Source: a virus. Taken from it: 64,000 bases of DNA. Location: positions 64,001 to 128,000 of the IMG/VR virus record IMGVR_UViG_3300005681_000033. One strand, 5' to 3'. A model generated the notes under the pieces. The model worked only from the letters and a program-made list of their open reading frames with translations. It had not been told where the DNA came from and ran no database searches. Positions 17,925-27,900 of the stretch are shown here, piece after piece; position 1 is the stretch's first letter; each line of letters begins with the position of its first letter. The translations under genes and the position numbers were made by a program.

Positions 17925-18925
17925 GCGAAGAACAAAAAGATAAGTCTGGTTTTTTTAAGGTTAAAAGCATTACAGATGTAAAAGATCTTAAAAAAGATTC
18001 CAAGATTCCAGAATCAGACTTGACCATTCAAGAAAATGGTAAAATTTATCAGTTTGAGCACGTAGAGCCAGAAGAAGAAAGACCAGCAGAGTTAATCAAG
18101 CCCGGTTCTTTTACACTTGAGGATACTTCGTTTGGAATTAAACTCAAGAAAATGCCTCTTAGAAACTACAATTTATTGAAGTCTATTGACAACACCAAGG
18201 CAATTTTAGCAGAAGCTAATAAATTTTTCAGCAAGCTTGATGTTTATAAAGAATTGAAACGTGATCCTAAGCGTGCAGTACTTCTTTGCTCTCCTCCAGG
18301 AGTTGGTAAAACAGCAGCTATTACAGATGTTTGTCAACATTTCTTGAAAGATAAAAATACAAGTGTTGTGACTTGGGATACTTCTGCAACAAGATCATCT
18401 TCTATTAATCGTTTCTTTTTGCAATACAGTCAATTTCACAAGAAAACAGAGCGTTTTATCTTCGTAATGGAAGATATTGGTGGTGGGACTGTTGAAGAAA
18501 ACCACGGACCTCGTGGAACTGATTCTTCATTGTTAAATTTGCTTGATGGTATCGGAAATCCTTTTAAAGGAGTTCCAACTTTTATTATTGCTACAACTAA
18601 CAATCCTGAGCAATCTGTAGGTGCGTTGATTGATAGACCTGGTCGTTTTGATAAGGTTATTGAGCTTAAAACACCAAATGAAAAAGAATGTCTTGATTTG
18701 CTTGCATTTATTGCAGGTAAAAAATTGACAGAAGAAGATGAAGATGCAGCTAGATTAGCCGCTAAAAACAAATTTTCCATTGCCCATTTACAAGAAGTTG
18801 TTGTTAGATCGCGCCTTGATGATGTGTCTATGTTAGCCGTTGTTGAACAATTGGTAGCGCACAAAGCAAGAGTAAAAAGCGCATTTCAAGACACTCGATT
18901 GTTAGGAATCGGCAGACAAGATTAG
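17921..18925 (+). CDS. AAA+ ATPase
   Basis: SPPGVGKT, FVMEDI, LLNLLDG, TTN, DRPGRFD. Confidence 0.92.
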   Translation: MSEEQKDKSGFFKVKSITDVKDLKKDSKIPESDLTIQENGKIYQFEHVEPEEERPAELIKPGSFTLEDTSFGIKLKKMPLRNYNLLKSIDNTKAILAEANKFFSKLDVYKELKRDPKRAVLLCSPPGVGKTAAITDVCQHFLKDKNTSVVTWDTSATRSSSINRFFLQYSQFHKKTERFIFVMEDIGGGTVEENHGPRGTDSSLLNLLDGIGNPFKGVPTFIIATTNNPEQSVGALIDRPGRFDKVIELKTPNEKECLDLLAFIAGKKLTEEDEDAARLAAKNKFSIAHLQEVVVRSRLDDVSMLAVVEQLVAHKARVKSAFQDTRLLGIGRQD

Positions 18926-18927
18926 TT

Positions 18928-19650
18928 ATGATTACAATCACTACAATTTCCGACACCCATGGTCAACATGATAAGATTGATGTGGGGTCGGGAGACCTTA
19001 TTTTACATGCTGGGGATTGCACGTCTCGCGGTGACATGGACGCCATTGAAAATTTTCTTCGATGGTATGGTGATTTAGACTTTGAAATGAAAGTTTTAAT
19101 TGCTGGAAACCATGATTTTGGATTTGAAAGCACTCCTAAGTTTTGTGAAGAATTGTGTAAAAACTACGGAGTTGTTTTACTTAACGACTCTGGTGTTAAA
19201 TTTAAAGGTTTGAATATTTGGGGTTCGCCTGTTCAACCTTGGTTTTTCAATTGGGCGTTCAATCGCCATAGAACGGAAGCTGCGGCCACTGCAAAACACC
19301 CGTTCATTGGTACTCATTGGGATATGATTCCTAAAAATACAGATATTTTGCTTACCCATGGGCCAGCTGGTGGTATTTTAGACAAAACAGCCGATCGATA
19401 TGATCGACTTGGTGAACATGTAGGTTGTGGATTATTGCGCAAAAAAATTGAAGAGATTAGACCGGTACTTCACGTAGCAGGTCATATTCACGAGGACCGT
19501 GGTGTTAAAGTTGAATTTGACCCACTACACGGCCCAATTACTTATTGCAATGCATCGTCGCTAGACCTTAGATATAAGCCGTATCCAGAAAAACCGTTTA
19601 GATTTGACTGGGACCGTCTTATTATTGGCCAAAGCCACGGGGCAGATTAG
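18928..19650 (+). CDS. Metallophosphoesterase (calcineurin-like, MPPED2-type)
   Basis: SDTHG, HAGD, GNHD, THGP, GHIHE. Confidence 0.92.
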   Translation: MITITTISDTHGQHDKIDVGSGDLILHAGDCTSRGDMDAIENFLRWYGDLDFEMKVLIAGNHDFGFESTPKFCEELCKNYGVVLLNDSGVKFKGLNIWGSPVQPWFFNWAFNRHRTEAAATAKHPFIGTHWDMIPKNTDILLTHGPAGGILDKTADRYDRLGEHVGCGLLRKKIEEIRPVLHVAGHIHEDRGVKVEFDPLHGPITYCNASSLDLRYKPYPEKPFRFDWDRLIIGQSHGAD

Positions 19651-19786
19651 GAAGATCGTTGCCATTTTCATCTTTTGTCTTTAAAAAAGCCTCAAAAAGA
19701 TCGAAAAGTGCCGTTTGGTCTGGAGTTGCTATTGATTCTTCGTCCATTACTTCCTTTAAAGCTAAATTTTGTTGTTCTTGAGTCAT
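19622..19786 (-). CDS. Small 54-aa hypothetical protein
   Basis: ATG 19786 with RBS AGGGAGGA; fills the gap upstream of GroEL. Confidence 0.5.
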   Translation of the reverse strand: MTQEQQNLALKEVMDEESIATPDQTALFDLFEAFLKTKDENGNDLPNLPRGFGQ

Positions 19787-19865
19787 AAAATTCCTCCCTT
19801 TTATGGTAATATAACAAGGTAGAGATAATTTTTCAAGCGTTGGTATCAAAAGGAGACGTATATTC

Positions 19866-21623
19866 ATGAAAAAAGTTAAAACACCTGCTAAAATGTTTAA
19901 CAGCAATTTAGTCGAGTTAGAAAATATCGTAGTGAGAACTATCGATAAAATTGACCGCATTGTAGGCTCTTCACTGGGTCCAGGTGGACGCAATGTGATT
20001 ATTGAGTCCGAATTACCCGGCATTCCGAATAAGAACACTAAGGACGGAGTGACGATCTTTAAATCATTAGGGTCAAATGACGCATATGAACATCTCATTA
20101 TCGAACAGACTCGTGATGTGGCTATTCGAACGGTAAACGAAGCTGGTGATGGAACTACCACAGCCACAGTTGTAGCCTCAGCTTTTATTAAGAATCTTTT
20201 TCGTTATTGCGCAGAAAATAGAAAAAACAGCCCTCAAAAAGTTACACGTGAAATCCAAAAGATTGTTGAGGGTAAGCTAATCCCACAAATTCGAGAATCT
20301 GCAATTAAAGTAACTCCTAAAAACCAAGATCTATTAGAAAAAGTAGCCACTGTATCTGCAAACGGCGATAAGGAAATGGCCAAGGCTGTGATGGAAGCCT
20401 TTGAAAAGGTTGGCTTTGGAAGTAATTCACATGTTACTATTCAAGAGCTTTCTGGCCCTTCTGGATATGAAACAGAATTGATTCGTGGCTTTCCTATCGA
20501 AAAAGGATATGAAGAATCAATTGGTAAATTTCATGCTAGTTTTATTAACGACCAGGGACACCAAAGATGCGTTCTTGACAATCCTCTATTTATTTTATTT
20601 GATGGAAATATCAATGATTTAGTACAGGTACATGAAATTTTAACACATATTGGTCAAGAATATGTATCTGGAAATGCTGATTTTAAAAACGTAGTCGTTG
20701 TTGCTCATAAATTCCAAGATCAAGTTTTAACCAACTGGGCATGGAATTTTAGTAATCCCAACACCATTAATGTTGTTCCTCTGCAAACACCTATGGTACC
20801 TATGGTTAACGGTCAAATGCAATTCTTAATGGATCTATCAGCGTTCACGGGCGCAAAAATTTTTGATATGAACAATCCTTTGATCGAGGCTACTCCTGAC
20901 GATCTTGGTAAAAACATGAGTAAGATCGAAATTAGTCGTTTTCGCACTACTATTGTTGGAGAATCAGACGCTACAAATGTAGAAGTGAGAGCTGAAGAAA
21001 TTCAAACAATGATTAAAAATGCAGCCTCTAAACTTGAAAAGAATATTTTAGAAGAGCGTCTTGGTAAATTAACCAGTGGCATTGCACAGTTAAAGATTTA
21101 TGGTGCCTCTAATGGTGAATTAAAAGAGAAATCAGATCGAGCAGAAGATGCTGTTTGTGCAGTTCGAGCTGCCATTAACCATGGTTGTTTACCTGGTGGA
21201 TGTCGAACACTGATTAATTTAGCAATGAGTTTGTCAGAAGAAACAGACCCTATGGTTCATTCTGTCATCATCCCTTCTTTATTTGCACCGTTTCATAGAT
21301 TACTTGAAAATGCTGGATATAGTCCTGAAGAGATCGAGAAGCTTATTGTTAAAATGATCGAAAAGCCAAATCATGTTTATGATGTTGAAAATGCTACTTT
21401 TGGAGATTTCAAAAAAATGGGAGTGTATGATGCTGCCATGGCCGTTGAACAGGCTCTAAAAAATGCAGTTTCTATTTCATCGGTTATGGGAACTCTAGGT
21501 GGTATTGTTGCTTTCCCTAGAGACAATCAATTAGAAAATCAAGAACATAAAGAAGCTATGAATTTCCAAAGAACTATTGACAATGCACAGTCTTTGGCAA
21601 ACGAAGCAAATGAGAGGCCATAA
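19866..21623 (+). CDS. groEL: Phage-encoded GroEL-like chaperonin
   Basis: SLGPGGRNV, TKDGVT, AGDGTTTATV, ERLGKLTSGIA, PGG. Confidence 0.95.
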   Translation: MKKVKTPAKMFNSNLVELENIVVRTIDKIDRIVGSSLGPGGRNVIIESELPGIPNKNTKDGVTIFKSLGSNDAYEHLIIEQTRDVAIRTVNEAGDGTTTATVVASAFIKNLFRYCAENRKNSPQKVTREIQKIVEGKLIPQIRESAIKVTPKNQDLLEKVATVSANGDKEMAKAVMEAFEKVGFGSNSHVTIQELSGPSGYETELIRGFPIEKGYEESIGKFHASFINDQGHQRCVLDNPLFILFDGNINDLVQVHEILTHIGQEYVSGNADFKNVVVVAHKFQDQVLTNWAWNFSNPNTINVVPLQTPMVPMVNGQMQFLMDLSAFTGAKIFDMNNPLIEATPDDLGKNMSKIEISRFRTTIVGESDATNVEVRAEEIQTMIKNAASKLEKNILEERLGKLTSGIAQLKIYGASNGELKEKSDRAEDAVCAVRAAINHGCLPGGCRTLINLAMSLSEETDPMVHSVIIPSLFAPFHRLLENAGYSPEEIEKLIVKMIEKPNHVYDVENATFGDFKKMGVYDAAMAVEQALKNAVSISSVMGTLGGIVAFPRDNQLENQEHKEAMNFQRTIDNAQSLANEANERP

Positions 21624-22048
21624 TGACAGCTATTAAAATTGACCCAGAATTGGTAAAACAATACGCTCGCGTAAAAAACATTTCTGAAGAAGAGGCACAT
21701 AAGCGTCTTGAAGAAAATATGGTTAAGGAAGCTGTCGAAGTTGATTTGCGTCAGCAATATCAGGTTTTAATTAATGCTTTTAGAAAAATGCAACCACAAC
21801 TTCAAGGTGTGGTTTTACGTGAAAGTGACACAAATTTAAAGCTAATGGACCTTGACAATAGAATGAAAGAATTGATTGCTAAACTTGAATTTGAGCGTGA
21901 AACATACGCCAAATCAATGAAAATTCTTAATGATATTGTTAAGGTAGATCATGAAACAATGGAACGTATTAAAAAATTAGAAGATGCTCTGAATACATCT
22001 TTCTACCAAAAGGTTTTAAACAAAATTAAATGGATGCTCAAGCGTTAA
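21623..22048 (+). CDS. Hypothetical coiled-coil protein
   Basis: Coupled ORF before terminase. Confidence 0.6.
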   Translation: MTAIKIDPELVKQYARVKNISEEEAHKRLEENMVKEAVEVDLRQQYQVLINAFRKMQPQLQGVVLRESDTNLKLMDLDNRMKELIAKLEFERETYAKSMKILNDIVKVDHETMERIKKLEDALNTSFYQKVLNKIKWMLKR

Positions 22049-23913
22049 GTCTATACTCTCCTCAGGAACTTGAAGAGATCAAGAAAAAACTGGTACTCAA
22101 GCCTCTCAACAACGTACAAGAGTTGAGAGCTTGGATGTATTTGTTTTTTAATATTGACTTTCCATCGGGTGTTGTATATCCAACATCCACACATGGTCCA
22201 GCCGATGCTATGTGGCGTATTTATGAATTAATGAAAACAGGTCAGTCTCAAGACACGCCACAGGTGACCATGCTTTCAAGTCGAGACTCCTTTAAAACCT
22301 TAAGTGCTGCTGCACTTGAGGTGTTGTGCTTTATCCATTTCAAAATCAGTATTGCACACGCTGCAGCTGTGGTTGATCAATCTGACAAAGCTGTTCAATA
22401 TGCCAATGGATTTTTCCGTGAATTGAGACCATATCTTGAATATCACGGTTGGCAACGTGCTACTGATAATAAAAAGAAAATTGAGTGGATTACCGATACA
22501 GGTGAATCCATTTATCTACGAATTCTAGTAATGAGCATTCGTGGTATGAACTCTGAACATTTACCTATGCTTTTTATCGATGAGGTTGACATTGTACAAG
22601 ACGTGCGAGCCCTTAAAGAAGCAAAGATGGTTCCTTCGCTTTATAAAGAATACTTTCCCTTAACTGTTTATCTTTCCACTCGTAAATTTGCCGGTGGATT
22701 GATGGAAAAAACACTAAAGGAAACTTTAGCCGCTGGTGGAGAGGTTCTGCGTTGGAACATCTTGGATGTAACAGAAAGAATTACCAGGGAAGAGGCTAGG
22801 GCTGATGAGCCGAAGGTTGTTCGCTACCTTTCGCGTCAACTTCCAATGGAAAATCTTTCTCCTGAGGACTGGAATAAGCTTCAGGATGAAAAAAAGAACG
22901 ATTATGAAAGATTTGAAGCTTATGCTGGAATTGCTCTACACCCAATGCTTCCAGTTATGCATAATTATTTGGTTGATAGACCGGGTGACGATGTTGGTGG
23001 GCTTTATAAAAAGGTAGCTGCGGTTAGAAATAACTTTAAACAAGTACCTGCAGATATGGGTGAAGCACAGCTTTTGTGTAATAAACCTTCATCTAGTGGC
23101 TTGGTGTATCCACGCTTTGATAATCAAAAGAACGTCTTAAGTGTCAAAGAAGCAATTCAAAGACTTTTAGGTGAAGATGTCAATATTGATAGTTTTGAAT
23201 ACCTAAAAGACCATTTAAAATCCCTTGGTGTTACGATTATTGGTGGTGGTGACTGGGGATATACGGATTACACGGTTTTGGTTGTTATTGCTTTAATGCC
23301 TGGTGGTGAAGCTTGGCTGTTAGATACCTTTATCCAACAACATTTGGAACTTGACGATATTGTGAAATATGGCAGTGAGCTGCAAAATACATGGAATGTC
23401 GACCGTTGGTTTGTCGACCAAAACTACCCTGCTTATTTAAAGACTTTAAAGCGTAAGGCTGGAATGAAGTGTCCTTCTTTTGACAAAGTGGTCGAAGATG
23501 GCATTACTGGTCTACAGGGTAAAATTGTTGATTCTATGAATGTTCGTCGTTTTTTTGTTGTTGACACCCCAAACAATAAAATTGTAATCGACTCTTTTGG
23601 TGAGTATAAATGGCAATTAGACGGCAAGGGTGAAATCATTGAGGGTAAGCCATACCATGATAAGGATGGCGTTGCCGATGTTATGGATGCCATTAGATAC
23701 CCAGCTCAAAATATGTTTATTAAGGGCAAAAAAGTCATCCATACCTCAACTGGTAATCCAAAAGACATGAAACCAGTACAAACTATTGAAAAGAATAAGG
23801 AAATCGTAACACAAGTAAACAACAATATCATGAAGAATAAAATTCAAGAGCTTACGCAAGGTGCGAACCCAGCAGCCAATGTTAGGCGAAAAGGGCGTAT
23901 ATATTGGGGTTGA
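22030..23913 (+). CDS. Terminase large subunit
   Basis: SSRDSFKT Walker A, LFIDEVD Walker B, GGDWGY and DVMDAIRY nuclease motifs. Confidence 0.9.
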   Translation: MDAQALSLYSPQELEEIKKKLVLKPLNNVQELRAWMYLFFNIDFPSGVVYPTSTHGPADAMWRIYELMKTGQSQDTPQVTMLSSRDSFKTLSAAALEVLCFIHFKISIAHAAAVVDQSDKAVQYANGFFRELRPYLEYHGWQRATDNKKKIEWITDTGESIYLRILVMSIRGMNSEHLPMLFIDEVDIVQDVRALKEAKMVPSLYKEYFPLTVYLSTRKFAGGLMEKTLKETLAAGGEVLRWNILDVTERITREEARADEPKVVRYLSRQLPMENLSPEDWNKLQDEKKNDYERFEAYAGIALHPMLPVMHNYLVDRPGDDVGGLYKKVAAVRNNFKQVPADMGEAQLLCNKPSSSGLVYPRFDNQKNVLSVKEAIQRLLGEDVNIDSFEYLKDHLKSLGVTIIGGGDWGYTDYTVLVVIALMPGGEAWLLDTFIQQHLELDDIVKYGSELQNTWNVDRWFVDQNYPAYLKTLKRKAGMKCPSFDKVVEDGITGLQGKIVDSMNVRRFFVVDTPNNKIVIDSFGEYKWQLDGKGEIIEGKPYHDKDGVADVMDAIRYPAQNMFIKGKKVIHTSTGNPKDMKPVQTIEKNKEIVTQVNNNIMKNKIQELTQGANPAANVRRKGRIYWG

Positions 23914-23967
23914 TTTTCATTTTTTTGCGCAAAAACAGCCATTTGGGTCTAAAAATTCGCAAAAAAT

Positions 23968-23977
23968 ACAATCTTTA
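23968..23977 (+). promoter_or_regulatory. Late promoter motif ACAATCTTTA
   Basis: 30 nt upstream of the portal operon. Confidence 0.65.
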
Positions 23978-24006
23978 TATAAAAGCTCATAGATTTTGGA
24001 GAAAAA

Positions 24007-24966
24007 ATGTCTAAGTTGAACCTTTTAATTCACGTTAACGCATATGAGGACTCAAATCCTACTAATAACCCGTCTCGCAACAATTTTAAGTGGAATAGGG
24101 ATCAACAAGGGATTGATATTTCTGAGCCAACTTCTCAGTCTTTATCCTTACCTGCAGGTCAAAGCATGACCTTATTTTCAGGTACTGTGTCAAACGCTTC
24201 TGACAACACTACCACATGGGATATTGCTTTAAAAGCCGGTACAAGCAATACTTATAAAATTTCTAAAAATGCAGGTACTTCACCGGCTTTTAGAACAGCA
24301 AGGGGAAGCTCTGCCGACGCCACAACTGAAATTACAATTACTAAGAATGCCAGTTTATTGACAATTGCTTCGACTGGTGGAACAGCCCTAAATCTTATTG
24401 TTGGTGGTGTCATTGTTGGAGATGAAATTAGATTAGGTAGTTTGTTTAGCCCAGTAAATCGTGGAAAATACAAAATTCTTTCTCGAACAGCTACGAGTGT
24501 TACAATTGAAAATAATTCTGGACAAGCTGAAGGACCTATTACATTAGGTGTTGGTTTTGCTGATCAATTAAGTATTTTTAGCGCAGCTGGTGTTCAGGTA
24601 GGCGACAAGGTTGACTTGGTAGCTGGGTTTAGCTCCGTCAGTTTTGGTACTTATGAAATTACCGATGTTTCTCCTGATTATATTGAATTTTATAGCAGCG
24701 ATGCCTTGCCGGTAGAGTCGGCTGTTTCAAACAACCCTGCAGCATTAATGGTATATCGAGATGCAAAGCAATTTGTTTATATCGAATCGAATAAAAAATT
24801 AGAAGTTAAGATTAACAACTCTGCAACTCCCAATACAATCGAACCAATGCAAGCAGGTAGTTCAAATGCTCCTGGAATGTTTATGTCAAGTTCTTCAATG
24901 AAGAGCTTGGAAATTACAAACTTGTCAATGGAAACTGCCAATATTTTTTACGTGACGGCGGAATAG
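24007..24966 (+). CDS. Putative virion structural protein
   Basis: S/T/A/G-rich beta protein in the portal operon. Confidence 0.55.
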   Translation: MSKLNLLIHVNAYEDSNPTNNPSRNNFKWNRDQQGIDISEPTSQSLSLPAGQSMTLFSGTVSNASDNTTTWDIALKAGTSNTYKISKNAGTSPAFRTARGSSADATTEITITKNASLLTIASTGGTALNLIVGGVIVGDEIRLGSLFSPVNRGKYKILSRTATSVTIENNSGQAEGPITLGVGFADQLSIFSAAGVQVGDKVDLVAGFSSVSFGTYEITDVSPDYIEFYSSDALPVESAVSNNPAALMVYRDAKQFVYIESNKKLEVKINNSATPNTIEPMQAGSSNAPGMFMSSSSMKSLEITNLSMETANIFYVTAE

Positions 24967-24974
24967 GATAATCT

Positions 24975-26771
24975 ATGAGTGAAGATAAAAAGAAGATTAT
25001 CATGGAAGCTGCTGGCTCCGCACAAGAACAGCAAGATCAATTTAATCAAGCTATGGTTATGAATGCAAGTCGGGGTGATATTAATTCTGACATGATGAAA
25101 TCCCTATTGCGCCATGCAACTGGTGCAGTAGGCAAAAAAGGTAAAATCCCACGTTTAGCTTTTGCTGAAGACCCAACACTTCATGATAACTATGCAGGGT
25201 TGTACAAATTACGTCGAGGCTTATTACCTCCAAACGTTATTAAAAACATTCGTACTCAAAATTTCTTAATCGCCGGTATCCTTCGCGCTCGTGGTAATAC
25301 ACTATCAATGATGGGTCATATCCGCAAAGATCGATTTGACGTCGGTATTGAAGTGGATATCAAACCAGAATTTAAAGATCATATCGAACCAGAACAAATG
25401 GTTAAAATTCAAGAGAGAATTGACCGTTTCGTTAAACTTCTTATCAATTGCGGTCGAACAGACGGCTTAGATGAAGAAGATAAAATGACCCTTCCAGAAT
25501 TTTTGGATTTGCAAACTAGAAATGGTTTGGCTTTTGGTTGGTTTGCTACTGAAATCATCTACAAAGGTGACAATGACGACGAATTCCATAGATTCCGTCC
25601 AGTCGACGCTGGAACTATTTTTCACTCTGTTAAGAAAGGTGAGGCTGCAGAATCTGTACGCAGAAGTTCATTAAAAGCATTGCAGTATTTGACTGGTGTT
25701 GAAATCGATCAGTCAATGTTAGAAAAAGACGAATATGCATGGATTCAAGCTATCAATGGTATGCCAAAACAAGCGTTCACTTCTAAGGAAATGATTGTTT
25801 ACAATCTTTATCCTTCATCTGACGTTGAACACAATGGCTATCCAGTTACTCCACTAGATACTGCAATGACATCTGTGACAACACATATGTCGATTGAGAT
25901 CTACAATAAATTATACTTCCAAAATGGTCGCGCTGCCAAGGGTATGCTTGTTATCAGTTCTGATGACATTGATCAAGCAGCGGTTGAGGACATTAAGCAA
26001 CAATTCAATGCTTCTATCAACAATGTAAGTAATTCTTTTAGAACCCCTATTTTTGGTGTTGCTAAGGGTGATACTGTTGAATGGATGCAAACAACACCTA
26101 ATAAAAAAGATGGTGAGTTTGAATTCTTATTTGATCAAACGACTCGCAATATTTTATCAGCATTCAACATGTCTCCTGATGAATTACCTGGTTTTTCACA
26201 CTTGTCAAAAGGTACAAACCAACAAGGTTTATCAGAAGCTAATAACGAATTTAAGTTAATCGCTGCTCGCGATACTGGTATCCGTCCATTGTTACTTAAA
26301 ATTCAAGATTTCTTGAATGAGAAATTATTCCCTCTTATTGATTCTGAGCTTTCACAACTTTGCAATATCGTATTGGCTGGTTTTGACGCAGAAACAAAAG
26401 AACAAGAGTCAAATCGTCTATTAAGAGATATGCCTATTCATTACGCTTATGATGAGGTAATGGAAGAGGTAGATAAAGAACAAGTTGGACAGCACATGAT
26501 GGGAAATATCCCATTCAATGAGCACTATCGACAAGCTTTAGATGCTTACTCAAGCGTCAATGACATCGTAGGTTTCTTTGCGGATTCACCCGCTGCAATT
26601 GTTGATCCAATGTTAAAATATAAACGTGATCAATTTTTCTTCCAATGGTTAGAAGTACTTTCTAATGCAAATCCAGAGGCTGCTGCAGCTTTCTTTGCGT
26701 CTAGAGACGATTCTTTAGACATTTTAAAAATGTACTTGGATGATTATTTAACTGAAGAAGAATTAGGATAA
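24975..26771 (+). CDS. Portal protein
   Basis: FRPVDAGTI, GYPVTPL, YNKLYFQNG..KG, SAFNMSPDELP, GIRPLL. Confidence 0.9.
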   Translation: MSEDKKKIIMEAAGSAQEQQDQFNQAMVMNASRGDINSDMMKSLLRHATGAVGKKGKIPRLAFAEDPTLHDNYAGLYKLRRGLLPPNVIKNIRTQNFLIAGILRARGNTLSMMGHIRKDRFDVGIEVDIKPEFKDHIEPEQMVKIQERIDRFVKLLINCGRTDGLDEEDKMTLPEFLDLQTRNGLAFGWFATEIIYKGDNDDEFHRFRPVDAGTIFHSVKKGEAAESVRRSSLKALQYLTGVEIDQSMLEKDEYAWIQAINGMPKQAFTSKEMIVYNLYPSSDVEHNGYPVTPLDTAMTSVTTHMSIEIYNKLYFQNGRAAKGMLVISSDDIDQAAVEDIKQQFNASINNVSNSFRTPIFGVAKGDTVEWMQTTPNKKDGEFEFLFDQTTRNILSAFNMSPDELPGFSHLSKGTNQQGLSEANNEFKLIAARDTGIRPLLLKIQDFLNEKLFPLIDSELSQLCNIVLAGFDAETKEQESNRLLRDMPIHYAYDEVMEEVDKEQVGQHMMGNIPFNEHYRQALDAYSSVNDIVGFFADSPAAIVDPMLKYKRDQFFFQWLEVLSNANPEAAAAFFASRDDSLDILKMYLDDYLTEEELG

Positions 26772-26783
26772 TAGGAGTTTAAA

Positions 26784-27398
26784 ATGGCTGCAGACTGGAA
26801 AATGAAGTACCAAGAAATTCGTGGAAAGCTTAAAGAAGCTACCGACGTCGCATGGCGTTTAGGCTATGAACGTGGCATGAAAGATGGAACTCAACAAGCG
26901 CAAATGCAACAAATGGCTCAGATGCAGCAACAACAAGCTGCAATGATGGGTGGTGGGCAACCTGGACAACCCGGTGCTCCTGGACAAGACCCAATGGCTG
27001 GTGGTGACCCAATGGCACAAGGTGCAGCTGGTGGTATGCCTCCAGGTGCAGAAGAGGGTGGTGACGATGCACAAATGGGCATGGGTGCTCCCGATGAAGC
27101 TGGTGGGGAAGAAGCTGGTGGTGGTTCTGAACTAGACAACCATATCAACGAACTTCAATCGTTGGTTTCTAAAGGACAAAAACCATCAGTTGTTGATATT
27201 CGTAAGGTAGTGGATAATTTGGCTGGAATTAGAAAACATCAAAAAGATTCTTGGGCTAAAAAAGTCAATAAAATTGTACCTGCACAAAAGAAAGTGGTTG
27301 ATTCGATTTTAAAGAAATGGGAAACAGAAAGTAAACGACCATCGTCTGAAATTGAAGCTATTATTAAAGAACATGGATTGAAGATTGACACAGAATAA
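26784..27398 (+). CDS. Hypothetical protein with Q/M/G/P-rich disordered centre
   Basis: RBS AGGAG; between portal and MuF. Confidence 0.65.
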   Translation: MAADWKMKYQEIRGKLKEATDVAWRLGYERGMKDGTQQAQMQQMAQMQQQQAAMMGGGQPGQPGAPGQDPMAGGDPMAQGAAGGMPPGAEEGGDDAQMGMGAPDEAGGEEAGGGSELDNHINELQSLVSKGQKPSVVDIRKVVDNLAGIRKHQKDSWAKKVNKIVPAQKKVVDSILKKWETESKRPSSEIEAIIKEHGLKIDTE

Positions 27399-27900
27399 GA
27401 CCTGCATTGTATGTCATTTAGATAAATCAACAGATTGTTTTCCAAAAAGAAAATATAAAAAATGTGTTGGTTTTAGAAATGAATGCAAGGCTTGTGTATC
27501 TGTTTTTCAAAAACAATATCGTTCAAAAAATAAAACACGAATTGCTGCTCAAAAAAAAGAATGGACTTTAAATCATTTAGATCAAAAAAGAGATAGTAAT
27601 TACAATTGGTTTTTAAAAAACAAAGAAAAAGCCCAGCAAAGTGTTCGCAATCACAGAATTAACAATTTGCCTTATTATCGTTTTAAAAGAGCTGCTAGAA
27701 GAGCACAGATTGCAAACGCAACTCCAAAATGGGCAGATTTGGAAAAGATCAAAGAGATTTATAAAAATTGCCCTGTTGGATATCATGTTGATCACATCAT
27801 TCCATTAACTAACGATCTAGTGTGTGGCTTACATGTTCCTGATAATTTGCAATACTTACCAGCTTCAGAGAATTTGAAAAAGGGAAATAAAATTTTATGA
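27385..27900 (+). CDS. HNH homing endonuclease (paralogue of 779..1324)
   Basis: CPVGYHVDHIIPL..VCGLHVPDNLQYLPASENLKK. Confidence 0.9.
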   Translation: MTQNKTCIVCHLDKSTDCFPKRKYKKCVGFRNECKACVSVFQKQYRSKNKTRIAAQKKEWTLNHLDQKRDSNYNWFLKNKEKAQQSVRNHRINNLPYYRFKRAARRAQIANATPKWADLEKIKEIYKNCPVGYHVDHIIPLTNDLVCGLHVPDNLQYLPASENLKKGNKIL

